Assembly (NCBI GenBank): GCA_017654855.1
Contig: CM030334.1
Coordinates: forward strand, 3,038,001 to 3,102,000
Direction: 5' to 3'
Length of the DNA stretch: 64,000 nt
From: Podospora anserina
Taxonomy: Eukaryota
A program made the translations under genes and the position numbers. This document shows, one piece after another, positions 58,887-64,000 of the stretch. The notes beneath the pieces were generated by a model. The model made no database searches. It was not told the DNA's origin and worked only from the letters and a program-made list of their open reading frames with translations. Within the stretch, counting starts at the first letter, position 1; the number at the start of each line of letters is the position of its first letter.

Positions 58887-60224
58887 CTTTTGTACTTTTG
58901 CTTGCTGTCGGAGGCGGCGTTGTTGACGATTCGTCTTTCAAAACTAAACCGACTGTGAGCTGGTGATATAACAACATTGTAAATGGGTAAGTAAAAGTGT
59001 TTGCTTGCCTCTATCTTGCAACAAGATCATGGACAGAACAAAAACCGGGCTGCCAACCTTTTCTCTCCTTCTGATAAGAAGCCAAAATCCCACAGTGGCC
59101 TTCCCTCCTGCCAGAATATTTTGGTCAATTTGAAGCTACCTACGCCCAGCTAGCAAGACTCGCCATTCGCGCTATTAGGTCGAAAGAAAAAAAATAGTAG
59201 ACGAGCGCTGACTGCGAGCTTGTGAAGCCAGGCTAATAGATCCTCTAGCGTTGCAAATATCTCACCATTTCCCCCTCACTTGTATACCATTCAACCCCTC
59301 ATCAGCCACCACCAGCCGCTTGGTGATACCCTCAGTCCTCTACACAAACCGGTGATGACATACCCCCGTGGTTCTTTCCCATGGTGTCCCTCCCAGAACC
59401 CGGAGTACTCTCCGTCACCATCGCAGCCAGTCAAACAGAGTCCTTTCTTGTGTCACGAGCTTGTCCAAGGAGTGCTAACCCTCTAGATAAGCGTCGGTGA
59501 TGTGTGTGTCGGCCATGGGTTTCCTCCCCTGTACTCTGAAATTGCAACAGTTGATGGCTTGCAAGAAAAGCGACGGGAATGCTCCGGAGGCTAAGAGAAA
59601 AGTTGCTGTTGAAGAGAATAGACCGCGAGGTGAGAGGACGGACAGCCCGGCATAGTCGGGAGTCTCAGCTGAAAGGGCATGCACTTGTACAACTCTAGAT
59701 GGGACGCATGACCTGCCTCCCCAACGTCATTGATGTATCAGCATCACCTGACAGCCATATTACTGGCATGGCTCTTCGGGAACTAGCGATTAGTGATCCA
59801 TGCCATTTTCTTTCCCATGAATCTTCCGGGCGCATTGCAAACATCCTTGGTCGCAAAGCCGTTTACGGTATTCCCTGTCTAAGGAACTTGCAGCTAAGAC
59901 ACACCACTCGGGCTTCAAGAGACACCAGACCGATCAAAAAACATTAACCCAAAACAGGGCAAAACTTGCGTGTATATGCGTCAGTAGAAAAGTAGCTTCA
60001 ATTCGCCAAGAGAGCCTTGAACAGCCCTCGAAATACCTAACCAGATTGCTCTGCTGCCTATGAGATCGAACGGTGGGTCCAATGATTCGGCTAATGCTGA
60101 TGCTTGTTTATCCCAGGTAACCAGTTCGTAGCTTCACCCTTCCATACCGGACGTCAGCTATCCCTGTGGTCTATGTCTGACCCAAGACGCGTTGAAGTGT
60201 CGTTTCGTCGCCGGCTTCACAGAC

Positions 60225-61272
60225 TTAAGCAACCTCCTTGCCGTCGTCCGCCTTGGGGGCGTCCTTCTTGGCGGCCTCCTCCTCTTCACCCTCGAGAGGA
60301 GGCATGTCGTCGTCCGATTCCTCCTCGTCATCGCCCTCGGGCATACCAGCCCCAGCACCGAGCTTGGAGAAATCGATGCCACCGAAGTCGCCGCCAGCGC
60401 CACCTGCGAAACAATAAGTCAGCAAAATGATCATGGCCCAAGAAGTCAAAGAGCCAAGAATCCGATGGTAGAGTCGGATCAAGCCTGTCGTGTCCCGGAT
60501 CCGGTTTTCCATCCGACCGCGCAATGTATTCGGCCAAGTTACGTACCCATGCCAGGCATGCCACCTATCAGACACAATGTGTTTAGCATACGCTGCAACA
60601 AGGTGTTTTGTCAGGAGTTTAGGAAGTTACTCACCCATGCCACCAAATTGCGAGAAGTCCTCCTCCTCAGCCTCGTTCTGCTCGTCCTCATCAACCCACT
60701 TGTCGAAGTCGGTCTTGAGGAAGTGCATCTTTTTAGACTCCTTGAGCAGGCGAGGCCAGTACTCCTCGGTCAGCTCCTTCTTGCGTAGCTTCATCTCAAC
60801 GTCGCGAGCCGTGTGGTTGATCTTGCTCGCGGTAGGGTCGATCTCGGCGTAGAACTCGAGCTCGACATGGTAGGTCTTCTTGAGGGTGTCGGAGTGACCG
60901 GTGAATGTGAGACCGGTGGGCTTCACGTCCAGCTTGATATTGGACGCTGGCACATCGGGGACGTTGATGGTGAGGTAGATAAAGTTCTTCTCGGGGTCGG
61001 CGTTGGAGGAGCGCTGCGCCCAGAGGACTGCAGATGGCGAGACATGGTCAGCCTTGTCAATTTTTGAGAGTGTTTGGATTGCGGTGAACAGGAAGGGCAG
61101 CAGTTTGCCAAACCTCAGCTGTCGCGAACCACGACCCGGGGAGGCGGAGACCGGGGGGCGTCGTTGAGCTACCAGGCCAGTGTGTTCGGTCTACCCTTTT
61201 GAAGGATTCTGCCATGGTGAGAAACAAAACTCGGATCGGCTACTTACCCTCAGGTGTTACGGTGCTGGCCAT
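60225..61272 (-). CDS. SBA1: Hsp90 co-chaperone p23 (Sba1/Wos2), 4 exons
   Basis: TPE|VLWAQRS, IYLTI.VPD, YWPRLLK and FLKTDFDKWVDEDEQ. Exons 61272-61248, 61027-60635, 60564-60547 (18 nt) and 60403-60225. Confidence 0.95.
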
Positions 61273-61718
61273 TGTGATGTGTGCTGGAGGTAGAAAGGTG
61301 AGTAAACTGCCGATGGGTTGAAGTTCGTGGAGGAGGGGTAGCTTCTCAGGCGCTTAGCTAGAACTCACGTTAAGAAGAAAGTTCAAGGAACAAGGGAGAG
61401 AGATCGTTCGGGTGGAAAGTTTGATGGAGCGGTGGTATTGAGCAAAGATCGTGAATTCACTACGACTGCTGCAGAAAATTGTTTGGGAGGTGGACGTCGT
61501 TGGAGGGGAGACGCGGGTGTCTTGGTTTATTTGTGACGAGGCTGCACCTGCCTGCTACCGTTCCCAGCCAGCCAGGGTGTTGGTGGAATTCATGAGAAGC
61601 CCAAAGATTAAGCTGCACGGGCCATCGGCAGGGCTGAGGTCACCAATTGCGGGGGACTACGGCTACGGACACGAGCCTACGATACTACTACCAAGCGATC
61701 TAGGAAGGTTGGTGACCG

Positions 61719-61726
61719 TTCTAGAA
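61719..61726. promoter_or_regulatory. Heat-shock-element-like TTCTAGAA upstream of p23
   Basis: Two-unit TTCnnGAA core about 450 bp upstream of the SBA1 ATG. It fits a chaperone gene but is short enough to be chance. Confidence 0.35.
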
Positions 61727-62431
61727 GCTGTTTCGTCCTATGGTCTACACTATAAATATACTCTAGCCTGTACAGCCTTGTATCTTACCTATTCGATGTG
61801 AGTTCACAGCATCAAACCCAAAAAGGTCTTGTCAAGATAGTTACACCACAGTGGGTGTCGAGTGAGGGGTAGCAGTTGGGGGAGGTCTCTATTAATGCAG
61901 GCTTCATGTGCCCCTTTTACAACACATGCCGAGTGTTGCACAAGAAATCCGTAAATCTAACCAATAGGAAGGAAGATAAGCTGCTCTTACTGCATAGTTT
62001 CATCCATCGGTGAAGTGACCGAAGAGCAAAGAGATGAAAACGGCACAAGCTCCAGCTTCAGGAGAAGTCCACTGCGGGGCTCGCCTTGGCGGGCCGCTGC
62101 AGCGGGGTCGGGACAGTTCCACATCCAGGTCAGGGTTATAGCGGGGACTTTCGAGACACAGGGTTATGCACCAGTCCCTTGCAAAGTGAGGCTCCAAATC
62201 GCCAACCCGAGTCCCACCTTGGCTTCGTTCCCCAATCTGGAAACGACGTCAGCGCCCACCCGCCAACCGCGACACGTACGACGACGACGACAACGACTCA
62301 ACTATCACCACCCCTTTACCCCAACTTTAGCACATCCATCGCTCACCCATAACACCGGCGGGAGGGGGGCGACACTGTCCACTCAATCCACCACCAATCT
62401 CCTCCCAACCTCAGCGCAAACCACCACCAAA

Positions 62432-63222
62432 ATGGAAACCTTCCGCTCCCTCTTCACCAAACCCGACCCTCAAGCACAGGTATGTGTTTTACCCCTTTTA
62501 TTGCCCTCCTGTCCAACCGCCCTTCCCCCATTCCCCTTCCCAGTATCTAACTCCCCTCTCAGGTGCGCAAATGCAACGCCCTCCTCCGCCAAAACATCCG
62601 CCGCATCGACCGCGACATCCTCAACGCCCGCGCAATCGAAACCAAAACCAAAAACCTCATCCTCGCAGCCGACAAACGCGCCCAACGCCTCGGCCCAAAC
62701 CACCAGCAAACCAAGCAAGCCCAGCGCGAAATCCGCGACTTCGCCCGCGAGCTCGTCAAGCGCCGCAAGGAGACCAACCGTCTCCACACCTTCAAAGCCC
62801 AGCTCACCTCCGTCCAAATGCAAGTCAATGAAGCATTCGCCCTCCGCAAGATAGAAGGGAGCATCAAAGCCAGCGTCGGCATCATGAAGGACGTCAACAC
62901 CTTGATTCGCCTGCCCGAGCTGGCGGGGACGATGCAGGAGTTGAGTGTGGAGTTGATGAAGGCGGGGATTATAGAGGAGATGGTCGGGGATGCGCTGCCC
63001 GAGACGGAGGTGTATGAAGAAGAGGAGGAGGAGGCTGAGGAGGAGGTGGAGAAGGTGTTGGGTGAGATCTTGAAGGATAGGATGGACAAGACGGGTGCGC
63101 TGCCTAGTGCGCCGCTGCCGCAGAAGCAAAAGCAGCAGCAACAGGTGGAGGAGGATGAGGAGGAGGATACAGAGGCCATGATGGACCAGATGAGGAATCG
63201 GTTGGAGGCGTTGAGGAGTTGA
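62432..63222 (+). CDS. VPS24: ESCRT-III subunit Vps24/CHMP3 (Snf7 family), 2 exons
   Basis: KPDPQAQ|VRKCNALLR..IRRIDRDI, KAQL.SV.MQV, IMKDVN.LIRLPEL..TMQELS.ELMKAGIIEEM and C-terminal MRNRLEALRS. Intron at 62480-62562. Confidence 0.93.
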
Positions 63223-63836
63223 TCTGTGGTCACAGGGCCAAGGCGGTGGAGGAGAGGGTGACAAGGCATCAAAATGCATGGAATGTGTGCGGGTGGGGAG
63301 CTCTTGATTTATGTCTCAACATGGGAAATGGGTTAATGTCTGGCGTTGTAGGTGTTATGGTTCATTGGCAGAGATGGCTGCTTTGCGGTCTTGTCTACAT
63401 ACAGTTTGTTATCCGAGTACATTTCTGGATCTGCCTGTCTTTGTGAAGTAGAATAAGAGAAACGACACAGGAACCCAAGGTCGGCTGAATTACTCATATA
63501 GCCCCCAGGTTCTGTCACTCGGAGATTCATGTACCTTACGAGCGCACATTGAACATGATGAGAGCCAACCAATTCTAGTACTGTCGGAAACAACGGCCAA
63601 AGCAAGCATTTCACAACCCCTTGCATCGGAGTAAATTCGCTAATCATGATTATACAATTAAGCCAAACACTTAAAAAGGCGGCAGTATCAATCTGTGCCT
63701 GCATGTATGCACCGCAAGGAAATCTGAGCCCTACCCATCCACCCATGCCGAACCGCCCAAATAAATATCGTATCAAGTTTCCGCTAGCAAGACCCATTAA
63801 CAACCCCATGACTCCTAATCCCAAAGAATGTACTGT

Positions 63837-64000
63837 TTAAAGAACGTCCTCCTCCATCGCAGCATCACCACCGGCAGCTGGGGCCGCGGCAGCGTTGGCG
63901 GCGGCAGGCTCAGTGGCACCGCTGTCAAAGTAGTCAGCCATCTCAGAGTCAAGCTCCTCGGCAGTCTTCTTGGCTGGGCGGTTGTTGCGGCCCTTGCGAG
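63837..64000 (-). CDS. YRA1: 3' end of mRNA export adaptor Yra1/Mlo3 (ALYREF family), partial
   Basis: The minus strand reads ...GRNNRPAKKTAEELDSEMADYF...MEEDVL*, the REF C-terminal motif. The rest of the gene lies outside the window. Confidence 0.8.
   Translation of the reverse strand, partial: RKGRNNRPAKKTAEELDSEMADYFDSGATEPAAANAAAAPAAGGDAAMEEDVL

Noticed and set aside
62470-63279. Long antisense ORFs over VPS24 (similar ones overlie RRP42, the COG-like gene and the NLR)
   Set aside because: Antisense or alternative-frame shadows of well-supported genes.

Overview
Eukaryotic genomic DNA from a filamentous ascomycete, most likely Sordariales and Podospora/Neurospora-like. This rests on short GT-AG introns with CTRAC branch sites, dispersed 5S rRNA genes, a Neurospora-type cytochrome c, and HET/NLR genes. 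The left ~34 kb is gene-sparse and accessory-like. It holds a HET-domain gene, a GNAT acetyltransferase, a ~10 kb stretch with no convincing gene, a PNP_UDP_1-NACHT-ankyrin NLR with near-identical 99-bp repeats, a frameshifted UCH deubiquitinase, a CorA-like membrane protein, degenerate/RIP-like relics, two complete divergent 5S rRNA genes, one 5'-truncated 5S and an intron-containing tRNA-Met. The right ~30 kb is a compact block: cytochrome c, RRP42, a PARP-UBC(E2Q-like) fusion, a COG/Vps51-like protein, ATE1, Aps1/DDP1, MRPS5, DAD3, p23/SBA1, VPS24 and the 3' end of YRA1/mlo3. The most notable signal is the NLR. It sits in a ~6.7 kb island between a broken 5S and an intact co-oriented 5S, consistent with a relic of a 5S-targeting cargo element, although no recombinase is visible. 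Its repeat array is cut by a single GGA>TGA stop, leaving about 1.5 further in-frame repeats untranslated. All calls come from manual reading and motif recognition; no searches were run.
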